In this document: positions 43,539-55,431 of the stretch, piece after piece
Numbering within the stretch: the stretch's first letter is position 1
Layout: every line of letters starts with the position of its first letter
Source: Cyanidioschyzon merolae
Lineage: Eukaryota
Strand: one strand, 5' to 3'
NCBI GenBank assembly: GCA_000091205.1
Contig: AP006491.2
Length of the DNA stretch: 64,000 bases
The notes under the pieces: generated by a model
Told to the model about the DNA's origin: nothing
What the model saw: the letters and a program-made list of their open reading frames with translations, nothing else
Databases searched by the model: none
Translations under genes and position numbers: made by a program

Positions 43539-44154
43539 ATGCTGCATTGTACATATGCCGTTTTATACAGTTTCCGAATGCCACTGCTGGCTGCGCGCGC
43601 GCAGGCATCCAGCGAGCGATGCGTCGTGGCGTCCTACGAACGCATCCATGCGACTCGTCTCGCAACTGCGTTTCACGACGAAGGCTCAAACGCAATGCGC
43701 ACCCTTCCGGCTTTCATTTTCCCTCTAAACCTAACGCTCGAGCAAGTATCCTCAAGCGAAACTCTCTCACAGCGGGAAACGCGACCGAGAACGGTTGTAC
43801 GTCGGGCAAGAGCGCGCCGTTCAGGGAACGGTGTCGAGTTGCCAGCAAACGCACTGAGCACCACTTGGCCTCTAGCCTCTGTTTACCCGAGTGTCTTGGA
43901 AATGCAGTGTGCTCAATCAAGACAACGAGACTCCATTCTACTGCAGAGGGCAACGGGCACCGGCAAAGGGCTCAAGTTCAGGTTCGTGAACAGCCACTCG
44001 GCTGATGCGAACGACGGTCTGCGTGCTGGTTCCGGTAAACCTGGTAGCTTGAACGCGCGTGGCTTTGCTGGTGGCTCCGGAGGCGACGGCGCTTCAGGAA
44101 TGAACGCAAGCGAAACGGTGCCCTTGCCACCGTGGTCCCCACTCAGCGCCTCAA

Positions 44155-44185
<31 letters not shown>

Positions 44186-45746
44186 CGACAGCAGTGCAGA
44201 GATGCCGGACGGGAGCGAGGCTGGCGAGGCTGCATCGCGCCCTCGACGCGCACTTCTGCTCATCTCGGATACCGGCGGTGGTCATCGTGCTTCCGCGTAT
44301 GCCATTCGCGATGCCATGAACGAACTCTATCCTGGAGCATTCGAATGGTTCATCGTCGACATGTGGGCCGAGTGGACGCTGTGGCCTTTCAGCTCCATGC
44401 CCCAGTCGTACCAGTTTCTGGCTAAGAATCCGCCTCTATGGCGAGCTACATATTGTTACGGGTCGTTTCCGCTCACGCGACGACTCACCGAGGAGGTCAC
44501 AAATGCGATCTTGCACGATCGCATCCGCGCAGCGATAAACTGCATCCGACCTGACCTGGTGATTTCGCTGCACCCCCTGACTCAGATGCTGCCTCTTCGG
44601 GTACTCAAGAAGATGGGCATTAGGGAACGAATCCCCTTTGTAACTGTGGTAACTGACCTGGGTGGTGCGCACGCAACCTGGTTCGATCCCGACGCGGACC
44701 TGGTGTTCGTGGCCTCGGATGCGGTGCGGCAGTTGGCGATCCGTTGTGGTGTGCATCCCGAGCGCATTCGACAACACGGTTTACCAGTTCGCCCCGAGTT
44801 TTGGGCCGATGCCGAGAGAAACTACGAGTCCGAGCTCGAATCCCTGAATCGAGCGCAACGCATCCTCGAGTCGCGACGTGCGTGGCGCCGGCGGCTCGGT
44901 TTCCTCGCGGAGCATCGGCGAACAGTTCTCATTGTTGGCGGTGGAGATGGCGTTGGCGGCCTCACGCGTATTGCACGAGCGGTCGTCGAACGACTAGACG
45001 CTCTGGCGACGGAGTTGCGTGCGCAGTCACCACCTGCATCGCCGCAGTTCCAGGTCATCGTTGTTTGCGGGCGCAACGAAAGAGCGCGCAACGAACTGAC
45101 GCGCTGGGCCCGCGAGCGGCAGTCCCGACACGGTGATAACGCGCACACCACGGAGACGCGTACGAACCTAACGGTATTCGGATTCGTTTCCAATATGGGT
45201 GAGTTGATGGCGGCCGCCGATGCCATTGTCACGAAAGCCGGACCCGGTACCATCGCCGAAGCATTGATTCGGGGCGTACCGATAATGCTGAGCGGCTTTC
45301 TCCCGGGCCAAGAGGAAGGCAATGTACCTTTTGTGGTCAATCATGGTGTGGGTGAATACCACCAGGGACCCGTTGCGATTGCGAATCGTCTCGCCGAGTG
45401 GCTCGCCGACGAGACACTCCTCCTGCGTATGGCGATTCGTGCACGGGATCTGGGCAAACCGCTGGCAACCTACGAGATCTGTCAGGATATAGCAGAGCTG
45501 GCGCAACGGTTTCCAGGTTACCCCGATACACCGAACGAGTCGGATACGATCATGGGGCAGGCTCCGGGGAACATGCGCGAGCTACGCAACGGCAACAGCG
45601 ATCGTGGTGATGTGGGTCTGGCGGCGCCCTCGGCGGCACGCCGTACAGACAGCACCGACGCTCAGCGCCGGCCGCTCGATGCCACTTGTCGAGCTGCACG
45701 ACAACCGCAAGCTACCTGGCATAGCAGAGTCGTTTCCGTATCCTAG
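43539..45746 (+). CDS. monogalactosyldiacylglycerol (MGDG) synthase, GT28 family (MGD1-like), with long N-terminal region
   Basis: The conserved MGDG-synthase core starts at LLISDTGGGHRASAYAIRDAM and continues through ...TDLGGAHATWFDPDADLVFVASDAVR... and the C-terminal GT28 region AGPGTIAEALIRGVPIML. The upstream roughly 230 aa is low complexity with a poly-Asp (GAC)n. The track start at 43527 is TTG; ATGs are at 43539, 43578 (MPLLAARAQASS, transit-peptide-like) and later. Confidence 0.85.
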
Positions 45747-47821
45747 TGACAGCCGTGCTGGACTAGAATGCGAGGGGTCTTCCAGCTCGTGCATAAAAGT
45801 TAACGTTTGAGCCGCTTTCCACTGAGATCCATACAGGGTTTTTTCTGTGATTTCTTGCTTTTCCTCTGTCTTGTCTCAGGTTTGAAGTGCGCCGCTCTTT
45901 CCTGTTCCTCCAGCTCCGTAGTCAGCAGTTGACAGACGTTGGTGGCAGCGGTAAAGTGCCGATTTCGCTGTTACCAGTTCTTGTCAAAGCATAGCACGCC
46001 CAGACGGAAACTGGTATGCAGACATCGCTTGGCATGTTGATCGTGTTTTTTACATAGGCTCGATGCGCTTTTCGCAGCGATCGAACTCGGATGTGGTCAA
46101 GTGTTCCTGCGTATCCACCGTAGGTGCTGCGCTGAGCACCGCCAGGAGGCGAGTGACCGCTTGCTTCACTGCTCGGTACACGCAACGAATGGTAGCAGCA
46201 GGTACACCTCGATGCCCTGCTTTTCTCTGCCCAGTGCCGTACCGAAGAACTGCGAGCTTCTTGTTCTTCTGGGCGATTTCCCCGGTCGGGGGTACGCTCT
46301 CCGCAGCACGCGCCAGCGCAGCGTGTCACCTTCGATATAGAATCAGTAGTGTGTGATGTTGTCCTTGATGCAACGAGACCCGGATACGAGAATCCGGGCT
46401 GGAGCACAAGTCGAGAAATTTCGATCCTTCTACGCGCCCTTCGTGCGAAACTGTAAGGCACTCGCCACTAGAAGCCATCGCTGAGACGACTGCATCCAAG
46501 GCCGGTTTCCGAGCGAGCGAAAGAGACGAGCGCCTCTCGGAGCGTGTCGCATGGGACGTATCGAGCTGCTGTGGACTGCCGTTTCGTCGATGACCACAGC
46601 GAGAGGAGTGTTTCTCTCTTCGAAGTGAATCTAATCTTTGGCTTGAGAAGGTTCGCGAAGTTTCCGAATAAGCTTCTGCACAAGTCGTCCAGAGACGGGA
46701 TCAAGTTTTGGTTTTCTGGTCGCTCCAGTGGCGCGAATGCTTGCGTCTACGTTTTGCCTTGAACCAGAAAAGTCGAAAAATTGAGGACTGCGTGATTTGA
46801 ACATGCCCCACGCAAAGAACGGACAAGAATCGAGCATTGCACATACGCACTGGATCTTGGAATCGCTTACTTTACGAAACCTAGTTCGAGGGTGTCGCAA
46901 GTCATCTGGATTCTGGTCAAACAGCGCATTCCAGGTGCAACGCGTCGAAGGACTCTGGACGTAAACGCAACCGAAATAGCCAAAGCTACGTATGCCTGCC
47001 TACGCCACCGTTGCCGTCATTCGACTACTACCAAGACGCTACATCTGGGACTGGGGCGGGAGGCTATTGAAACGCCCCCACAGAGCCAGCAGTTCAGTCG
47101 TGCATTCCTTTCCCTACGCCTGGATCACGCGTCAGCAGCTTCTCGTCGCGTGCGGTCTCGAACACGCCTCGTTTAAACGCCAACATCGGATCATGTTCCC
47201 GAGAACGCTTTGCTCAAGAGCTTGGGAGCCAGATCGACAATCGCGCACTTTACATCCGTCGCTCGACGTAGGATTCACAGGGCAACTTTGGCATGGCAGC
47301 CACTGCAGCCACGCCTCGAGCCATCGCGATACGCAGTTGAGGGGATGCAACCAGAGAAATCGTCGTCCTTGTGCCGTGGTATTTGGCGGTGCCCAGGCAT
47401 ATGCCGGAGTCCGTTGCGGAGACTTTAGCGCTGCTGATTTGCGTGTCTATTCAACGCTAGGAGTACGCTACTTTTCTGGGTAACCAGCGCGAGATTCGAA
47501 TGGACGCAATTCTCAACCGCATGAAGGCAAGCTGAGCGCCCCTGATGTTTGTTCGTGTTCGTGTGCTTCTGGACGAGCTTCTCGATCATTCAACGACACA
47601 AGACATCGACAGCCTTGCGCCAACAGCCGAAGAATCCGGGCGCATCTTCCGAAGATACCAACCGATCCAGCGCTATGCGCTGCTTTCTATCGATGCCCTG
47701 CTGCCGACTCGAGCAGCAACGCGCGCTACTCGTCAGCACCACGCCACCTGGTTCCGACCCGAGTTCACATCAAAACCATTGACGCATTCGGAAAACCCCC
47801 ATTCGTGCTTGAACGCGAACA

Positions 47822-49855
47822 CTATACCAACAACCATGACGGGCTTTCTATCAGTCGCTGCAGGTCCTGCAGAAACGCCAGACTCGCTGTTCGCTGCACG
47901 CGTCCTGCATCGTAGCTGAGAGTGAGCGTGGCAAAACGCAGTCGCTCGGTATCCAGCGGTTCCACGGATGACTGTGACGTCAAGTTTGCAGCTCTCGGAA
48001 CAAGACGCCTCTGAGGTGCTCCGATCGCCAAGATACCTGCCTGTGGTGGGTTGATAATCGCCGTGAAACGCGCGATCGCCGGTACCATCCCCAGGTTGCT
48101 GATGCTGAACGAGCCGCCCTGGAACTCGTGCAGTTTGAGCTTGTTCTGTCGAGCTCGTTGAACAAGATCCTGCGACTCCGCAGCTATGACACTGACGCTT
48201 TTGGTGTCCGCGTCGTGAATGATCGGGGTAATCAGACCGGTCGGCGTGGCGACGGCAAACGCCAGGTCGACTCGTTCTGCGTTGGTATTCAGCGATCGAT
48301 GCTCCCGCAGTGCAATCGCCACTGCACGAAGGAGCAAGTCGTTGACGGTGAGTTTTGGTGTTCGAAGCGCCTGCAACGAATTTGCTGCCAACATGTTGAT
48401 GGTCTGGCGAAGCTCGAGCAGTGCCTCGAAGTTCACCACAATGGACTGGTACGCGTGGGGTGCCTTTTGTTTGGACTCTAGCAGGCGTTCCGCAATCACA
48501 CGTCGTACCTGACTCAGGGGAATATCGCGAAACTGGGTTGTTGTTGTTGTTGGTGTTGCTGCTGCTGGCGATGGCGATGATGATGTTGGTACCTGCTGGT
48601 GTTCTCGCGACGGCAGCACCCTGGAGCCCTCAGCTGCCGTACCTGTTCCCGGCCCATGCGGTGTCGATGACACGAAAGAAGACGACGACCGCTGCACTTC
48701 AGCAGCGCTCTGTGAATCGCGACGCGTCGAAGCTGCCCCAGAACCCTTTGCTGCAGCCAGCACGCGCAGCAAGTCCCCCTTGAGGACATGACCGCGAGGT
48801 CCACTGGGTTGCAACCTTTGTACCAACGCCGCTGGTAGTTCGTGATTCGCCAACATGGTGGCCACTGCCGGTCCATACCGCCACGGCAGCGGCTCGGATT
48901 CCTGTTCAAGTTGCTGGGTCATTGACGTGTCTGCCTCTGTGGAGCCCGACGAGGCCTGCTGCTGCTGCTGCTGCTGCTGCATCTCCGTCGCCAGTGCATA
49001 CCTTTGGCGCTGAACAGAGGTGCTCTCCGGTTTCGTTGCAGAATTCCAGTCCATACGTTGCAACGCGGATACGTGTTCTTCATCTTCAGCCAGAACGGCA
49101 ATTAAGGTGCCCACGGGAACGTCCTGGGTGCCGTCGGGAACAAGAATTTTCGCTAAAATGCCCTCTTCCTGACTTTCAAACTCAATGGTGGCTTTATCGG
49201 TTTCGATCTCCGCCAACACATCCCCGGCGGTTACAGGTTCACCCTCCCGTCGCTTCCACGCCAAGAGGTTACCGGCTTTCATGGTAGGTGATAGCGCTGG
49301 CATCTTGATCGGAACGTGGGGCGGAAGCGAGTCCGCTGCCGCACTCGAACGCCTCCGAAGCGCACCTCGGGGGCGCCACCGGTCCACGCACGACAAACGG
49401 GTACCTGCAGCGACACATTCGGTTCTTTGTTGCTGGTCGACCACCTGACAGAGACGATGAACTAGACCCCAGGCTGGACGCTGCTGTACGTAGCGCCCAG
49501 CTGGGTCAGATCGCGGCTGCTCTGGACGTCGTAGCGCCCGGCTCCCGTCACCAGAACGAATGAGGTTGTGTCCACCGAACCAGGCTCCCACTGATCGTCG
49601 CTGTATACCGCATCGCCACCACCAGCTCTTGGTTTGCAGGCGAAGCATCGCTTTGGTTGCTTCCTCGACGCTCGTAGAGGCACGTGCTCCAAAGCGCTCC
49701 GGTCGCCGCGAGTTCGTATCGGACACAGTCGCTCCCGAGCGAGCTGCGCCAGCGATTCCCTCGAAGCGAAACGTCGGGCATCCTACGCCCCTGACGGAGG
49801 TTGTAGTGCTGATCGCCGCAGTCGAGGTCGGGGAACCGGTTCCGGGAGGTTCCAT
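47822..49855 (-). CDS. 2-oxoacid dehydrogenase E2-family protein (PDH E2/E3BP-like): lipoyl domain, subunit-binding domain and acyltransferase-like domain lacking the catalytic His
   Basis: Lipoyl domain IKMPALSPTMKAGNLLAWKRREGEPVTAGDVLAEIETDKATIEFES (lipoyl-Lys in DKA). A peripheral subunit-binding-like LQPSGPRGHVLKGDLLRVL. C-terminal domain GGSFSISNLGM...AIINPPQAGILAIG...LTLSYDAGRVQR, where the canonical DHRxxDG is replaced by DAGRVQR. In-frame (CTG)9 gives polyQ. ATG at 49855, with a roughly 185-aa S/T/R-rich N-terminal region. Confidence 0.75.
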   Translation of the reverse strand: MEPPGTGSPTSTAAISTTTSVRGVGCPTFRFEGIAGAARSGATVSDTNSRRPERFGARASTSVEEATKAMLRLQTKSWWWRCGIQRRSVGAWFGGHNLIRSGDGSRALRRPEQPRSDPAGRYVQQRPAWGLVHRLCQVVDQQQRTECVAAGTRLSCVDRWRPRGALRRRSSAAADSLPPHVPIKMPALSPTMKAGNLLAWKRREGEPVTAGDVLAEIETDKATIEFESQEEGILAKILVPDGTQDVPVGTLIAVLAEDEEHVSALQRMDWNSATKPESTSVQRQRYALATEMQQQQQQQQASSGSTEADTSMTQQLEQESEPLPWRYGPAVATMLANHELPAALVQRLQPSGPRGHVLKGDLLRVLAAAKGSGAASTRRDSQSAAEVQRSSSSFVSSTPHGPGTGTAAEGSRVLPSREHQQVPTSSSPSPAAATPTTTTTQFRDIPLSQVRRVIAERLLESKQKAPHAYQSIVVNFEALLELRQTINMLAANSLQALRTPKLTVNDLLLRAVAIALREHRSLNTNAERVDLAFAVATPTGLITPIIHDADTKSVSVIAAESQDLVQRARQNKLKLHEFQGGSFSISNLGMVPAIARFTAIINPPQAGILAIGAPQRRLVPRAANLTSQSSVEPLDTERLRFATLTLSYDAGRVQRTASLAFLQDLQRLIESPSWLLV
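48956..48982. repeat. (CTG)9 microsatellite, CAG on the coding strand giving polyQ in the E2-like gene
   Basis: Direct reading. The ORF translation shows TEMQQQQQQQQASSGS. Confidence 0.85.
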
Positions 49856-51509
49856 TGATGGACTAGGAGTGAATGATGCGTGCGACGGCGACGACAGGTT
49901 ATGTCATCAAGTTGAACGAAGCGGTTTTGGGGCACAACGTCACAGGCAGCGACCAGCGCCTCGCTGGGCATTCGGGTGCCAGCAAGTGCGCGTGAACTCG
50001 ACCAGACTCGGCATCGCTTAATTGGGCCGTATACGAGTGCCTGTAACTGAGCGGGGTACGCCCTCTATTTGAACACGCTTCAGGCAAGTCTCGTGTGGGG
50101 AGCGACAACGCCACCGTGTACCGCCCCAGGTGCGCCGCTGTACCAAAGGGACAGAGCCTCAGAAAATCGTGAAACCTCAAGAAAGCTTTCGCTTTGATGC
50201 AACACCAAGTCTTCATGAAGCGTGCTAGCGGATGCACAGACTCGGGTGCTGTTGGGGAACGCGGCTTGTTGGAAGCGTATGCCATCGGAGCCGGGAGAGC
50301 GGCGGGAAGCCTCGGGCCTGCGAACATCGCCGCACGCCATACATGATACTGCGTCGTTCTAGCAGTTCTCCAGTGCGGGATTTCAAGCAGGCTGCGAATG
50401 ATATCAGCAACGCGTCCTAGTAGGCGCCTCCTAGACCAACGTCAGGTGAACATGGAACACTGAAATGTCCGCGGTGTTCCTGCTATTCGTATGTCCCGAA
50501 CGTTTCTAGACGTGCAGCAGCGATATTCAAGGTGTGGCAATAAAGGCTTCCGGATTCATATTCATGTATGAGGATTCTGGCGCGTTGGTATCGGAGTGCG
50601 GACTTTGACGTTTTGCCGCTGGGATTCGTCACGTCACCGGAGTCAAGATCATAGGCGCAGCGCTCAAGCAAAGGCTCCCATATCTCGCTACACCGTGATC
50701 CGGTTTATACGTACAATGCGCCACGCCTCTCCTTTTCTCATGGGTAGTGCATGAAAAAATTACGCATGCTTCACGTTTTCGGCCTTTCTGGTTCCGGGCA
50801 ACCCGTACGTGCAGCCTGTCGTGCCGTTCGATTACAGAGATGAAACACCGACGTCGTTCTTTGACGACTAGTGTACAAGCGCATGCCGAACATTTCTTGA
50901 ACTTGTCACAAAAAACCGATTCCGTCCGAACGAGGAATCATCTTGTATTCCTGGCTATCAAAGCAACGACATTCCACAATAGCGGTGTGATACGGCGCAG
51001 GGGGTATGCTCCCCGAGGCGCTCCTCTCGTCTATTCCCATGGAAACGACGCTTGGGCACGGAAAGCAGTAAGCGCAGGGATCGCATCCAGTGGGGCGCTC
51101 TTCACCGCTTTGCTCGACGTGAGCGTGAACGGATGGAGATTTCGCGACTTGCTCCCCAAGCCGGGGTTTTTTCCAACAAAACCCAGCGAGGCACATCGTT
51201 TGACGCTGGCACAGACGGTATCCCGTCCATGAACCTGAAAGCCGGTGCTAAGAGCGTCGGCTTCGCAATGGCCCCCGCGCTCGAGCGACCGTTCAACGCC
51301 CACCTGACCCAACGAGGTATGCTGCGCGCACGTCAAAAGGTCTTGCGGGTCTTGCGGGGACCACGGTTTCCCCGGAGCTCGCCAAGATGCGCCCTCCGCT
51401 GAACACAGCGCGCGCTCTGCATCCAGTTAGTTAGGTATGCAACGCGCCAAACAGGCTGACACAGCGAATGCCTGTCGTCGCATCTGCCGGGAACCGCTGC
51501 AGCAGACGC

Positions 51510-54134
51510 CTACGCTGCTCGTTCATGGTCCATGCGCTCCTCAATAGAGTGAGCGAGCGCAAAGAGACGTTGGGCGGCCTCACGGAGACCGCGTTCAGCG
51601 CACATTTCGGCGTTGAGATAGCCGCGGACCTCGGCAAGTGCCAGACCAATCGCTCGACTATTCTCGTCTTCGATTGATCGAGCCCAGGTGCGTTCCTGTA
51701 AGGCAGTGCGCCACTCATTCAAGAACTTGTCTATGGAATGGAGGACGTGCACGGCTTCCGCTTGGTTCAGGGTTTCGTCTGGGTCAGCGAGCAATACGGA
51801 GCGCTCCAATTCTTCGCATTGCTTGGAAGCACTATTCGCGAGGCTCGCACGACGATGATACCAGGTTGCTGCTGACGGTGTCGAGGTATCCAGGGCCTGG
51901 GGCGGCGCATCTTCACCGAAAGCCAGTTTTGACGGTAGCGGTGGCGCTGATAGAGACCCTTCTGGTTCATGCTTGGTTGCGTGTCGGGTTTTTGGCTGCG
52001 GTGTCTTGGTCAGTGCGGGCGGTGTGGTGCGCCCTGCATCGGACGCAGGCGCCGCGGGCGAGCGCTTCACGCGGCGCTTTGAATACGGCGTGTTTGGCAG
52101 TGCATTCGCGGATAGCGCTGCTCTGTGTCGCCCGGTACGCTCGAATGCCTCAGTGCGGGATCGTGCATCAGCGAGGGGTAGCTGCGCAGCGTCGCCCGGT
52201 GGTGGCATTGGTGCGCCTTGCCGGCAACCGTCGTGCCGGGGATCACCGCTGTCACTTTCCTGGGAGTCGGATTCGTGAGCTTTCGCTGGACGAATATCCG
52301 CCGCCTTTTCTGTATCAAGATTCGCGTAATGACCGGATGTGTGCTCGCGCGATGGTGAACGCGTCACTGTATGCACTTCCGCCGCGACCTGATGACCCGT
52401 TGCGGCATTGGAAACGGGCGTAATGCCCTCCCGATGCGTCAGCTGCATGAGTTGGCGCTGCAACGCCTCGAGTTCCCTGCACAGCGCATCCATCTCATCG
52501 CTGAACGCGGGCTGCTCACCTTGTTCATGGCAAGCGCTAGTCGGGCGGACGAGACGCTTTCCGGCTTCGGAAACGACGGATTCTGTCTGGGCTGACGGAG
52601 CTGCCTGACAGTCGGCATCAGCCTCGTGAGCCGGTGCCTGCACCGCTGCTTCTACCGCTGGAGCAGTGCCTTCTCGTGCATCACCCTGACTTGGTGGTGT
52701 TCGCAACGACAGTAAAAACGAGGAGTATTCGCGATTATTTGCGGACATACGTGCTTCGAGTGGCTCCAGGCGCTGACGCGTATCCAATAGGTCGCGTTCG
52801 AGACGCTCACCTCGTTCGTGGCATTGAGCCTCTATCCGTTTGAGCTCGACGCGGCATTGCTCGAGTTCGGCAGCGATGCCCGGCTCTCGGCTTATGCGCT
52901 GTAAAAGGCGATCCTCGAGTGCTCCCATCTCTGAGCGCATGGTATCGCGTAATTTTTGGAATGCTTGCAACACACTGGCCTTGCTTGGACGATTGACGAG
53001 TCGGGCGTCCAAGGCGTCCCGGTCTACCTTATCGACGAGGCACTGACGCATCTCGTCTCGAAGCGCTTGCACGGCTCGCGCAACACATCGCTCTACGGTA
53101 GTTTCCAGTGGCTCCACGAGACCGGCCGCTCGAAGCTGCTCGCGGACGATCTCCGGAATTCGGGTTTGCCAATCGATGCCGCTCGCCATACTGGGTTTCT
53201 CGGTCGAATTCTCTTGTCTCCGCTGGTCTTGGAGCAGTCCCGAGAGCTGCGCCTGCAACGAGCCAATGGTCTTATCTAGACGTGTAACGGCGAAGAGGGG
53301 GCTCGGCTCGACGGCTGCAGACGGCGTCGACTCGTTGCAGCCAGATCGCAAGAGGTTTCCGGCGTTCTCCTGCAGTTCCTTGACCTGCTGCTGGAGCGCT
53401 GCCAATGACTGAGCGATTTCCGCGATGCTCTGCTCGTTGTGCTCCGCAACATGTTCTTGATTCGCTCCCGAGCTTGTACTCCGACGCGCTTGCTCCAGAT
53501 GCCGCAAGCGCGTATCGAGGCTCCGCACCGATGCGGCGGTTTTGCATGCCAAGTTCAGAACGGCTTCGTGGAGGCTCTCAAACTGAGTCTTACTGTCTTG
53601 GTGGGTAACCGTTTCGGGTCCTGCACCACTTGGCTGACGCTGCTGCGCGGCTTGCTTGCGCTCGAGGCTGCGAATGCGCTGCTCACAAGCACGAACGCGT
53701 TCCTGCAGCGGAAGACACGTAAAAACCTCCTCCCAGTTGGACGGCAGAACTTGGTTTTCGAGTCTCGATACCCGAGAGAAGACGTGTCGGAGGTGCTGTC
53801 GCACAGCGAGTGGAACGCGCTTCCACTCGCCCTGACCGAGTGAGAGCGCTCGAATGAGGGCGCTGTCCGACAATAGCTCCTCGGAGACGTCATCGAGCTT
53901 TGATGCTTCCTTTTCCACAGTCTGAAGGTTTTCCTGCTGATGATCTCGCAAGATCCGACTCATGGACGGCAGACGAGTATCGTGAACAGTGGAGGCGTTC
54001 CTTGCCGGGAATCGCTTTGAAGCGAAAACGCTCCCGGCATTTGAAATGGATCGGTGCACTTGGTTTAGAAAGATACAGTTATGTACAGTTAAGTCGCATT
54101 CACGTCCAAGTTCAAAACGCTGGCGCTCCAACAC
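51510..54134 (-). CDS. hypothetical long coiled-coil protein (874 aa)
   Basis: ATG at 54134. There are extended heptad-like stretches (LQERVRACEQRIRSLERKQAAQQ; ELEQCRVELKRIEAQCHERGERLERDLLDTRQRLEPLEARM; LCRELEALQRQLMQL). The C-terminal third is low complexity (S/P/A-rich). No family was recognised. Confidence 0.5.
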   Translation of the reverse strand: MLERQRFELGRECDLTVHNCIFLNQVHRSISNAGSVFASKRFPARNASTVHDTRLPSMSRILRDHQQENLQTVEKEASKLDDVSEELLSDSALIRALSLGQGEWKRVPLAVRQHLRHVFSRVSRLENQVLPSNWEEVFTCLPLQERVRACEQRIRSLERKQAAQQRQPSGAGPETVTHQDSKTQFESLHEAVLNLACKTAASVRSLDTRLRHLEQARRSTSSGANQEHVAEHNEQSIAEIAQSLAALQQQVKELQENAGNLLRSGCNESTPSAAVEPSPLFAVTRLDKTIGSLQAQLSGLLQDQRRQENSTEKPSMASGIDWQTRIPEIVREQLRAAGLVEPLETTVERCVARAVQALRDEMRQCLVDKVDRDALDARLVNRPSKASVLQAFQKLRDTMRSEMGALEDRLLQRISREPGIAAELEQCRVELKRIEAQCHERGERLERDLLDTRQRLEPLEARMSANNREYSSFLLSLRTPPSQGDAREGTAPAVEAAVQAPAHEADADCQAAPSAQTESVVSEAGKRLVRPTSACHEQGEQPAFSDEMDALCRELEALQRQLMQLTHREGITPVSNAATGHQVAAEVHTVTRSPSREHTSGHYANLDTEKAADIRPAKAHESDSQESDSGDPRHDGCRQGAPMPPPGDAAQLPLADARSRTEAFERTGRHRAALSANALPNTPYSKRRVKRSPAAPASDAGRTTPPALTKTPQPKTRHATKHEPEGSLSAPPLPSKLAFGEDAPPQALDTSTPSAATWYHRRASLANSASKQCEELERSVLLADPDETLNQAEAVHVLHSIDKFLNEWRTALQERTWARSIEDENSRAIGLALAEVRGYLNAEMCAERGLREAAQRLFALAHSIEERMDHERAA

Positions 54135-55355
54135 ATGCCCGCCACGCCTGCTCTATCCTGCTCTAGACGCTCACAGTACAACATACTTGTTCGAAGCGGT
54201 TCCCCTGTGGTCAGCCATGCCCGCGAATAACCCAGTAACTACCGACATCTGACTTTCACAGCAAATGCGTGGTGTGTTTATGGCTAGCGTCGGCCGCAGC
54301 CACGCGAAGCGGTACGAGCGTGCGCGTTGCAGACGCGGCGCTCGACTGTGGATGCTGCAGACGGCGTTTTTTCGGGGTGCAGGCTGCAGTGCTGTCTTCT
54401 GAACCGCGCTATGCATCGCGTCGCGTCGTTACGTGCACCAGCAGCGACCACATTGTACGTGTTGTGGGTCCAGGAGCGTGCCGGATCGGCGTACGCACAC
54501 ATGCGTTCATAACTTGCACCGGAAACCGCCTATGCAAGTCGACTTGCTGCTTGTTGACGCTGTACACAGGATGTATATCATGCGAGCGAGCGTAGACCAG
54601 CGTATACGCTATCCAAGTCGATATAAGGACGACGAGCGTTTCTACACGGGAGACAGAGCGGCGACGCTTCCGCGCCAGTGCGATGCGGCACGTGATCCCC
54701 TGAACGAAAAAAAAACCCTTCGGGAGCACCACATCCATCAACGTCTATTTCCGCTACGCGAGAATATGCATGAAAAGCGGGCCCAGTGACCATAGCGCTT
54801 CGGAGCTGGCCAATAAAGGCAGGATCCCGAAGCTGCCGCGCCGGTGCACAGCGCGCTGCATCGAAGCATGCTGCCTGCACGTTCGAACAACTGGACGCTT
54901 CGCTTCCGTCCACCGCGCAAGGACGTAGGACTGATCTGAAGGCACCTTCTTAGCGATGTTGGTACTGAAATCCCATAAAACAGAATCCGGGCACGATCTG
55001 CGGTGAACAGCAGGTACCAGGAACGTACGCTGAAGTGTCGCGTACGATCACGTATTATCCATGGAAGGCCAGTTGCCGACGTCCTTCGGAAGGCCCCGGC
55101 ATCGACCCAGAGGCCACGAAAACGCCCTGAACGCACCACGGACACTGTGAATGTATGTATGCACATGTGCTTACTTGCCTGCATGCTTAACAGGTCTCCA
55201 GCGGTGCGCTGCCGGTTCCCCGCTCCACGCTGCGGGCAAGCGATGCTTGCGGCCGCCTCGAACGCAACCGAGCGTCATCGAGAAACCGCTGTCATGTGCG
55301 ACTGCGACCTTGCTGCAGGCCGTTGTCGAGCGCCGCGAAATGACCCGCACTTGCC

Positions 55356-55378
55356 ACACACACACACACACACACACA
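55356..55378. repeat. (CA)11 dinucleotide microsatellite
   Basis: Direct reading (ccacacacacacacacacacacag). It is in the 3' flank of the SAC-domain gene. Confidence 0.8.
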
Positions 55379-55431
55379 GATGTCTCAATGAAGCTGCCCT
55401 GAAATGCTCATCCAGGTTGCCGCAATGCTAT

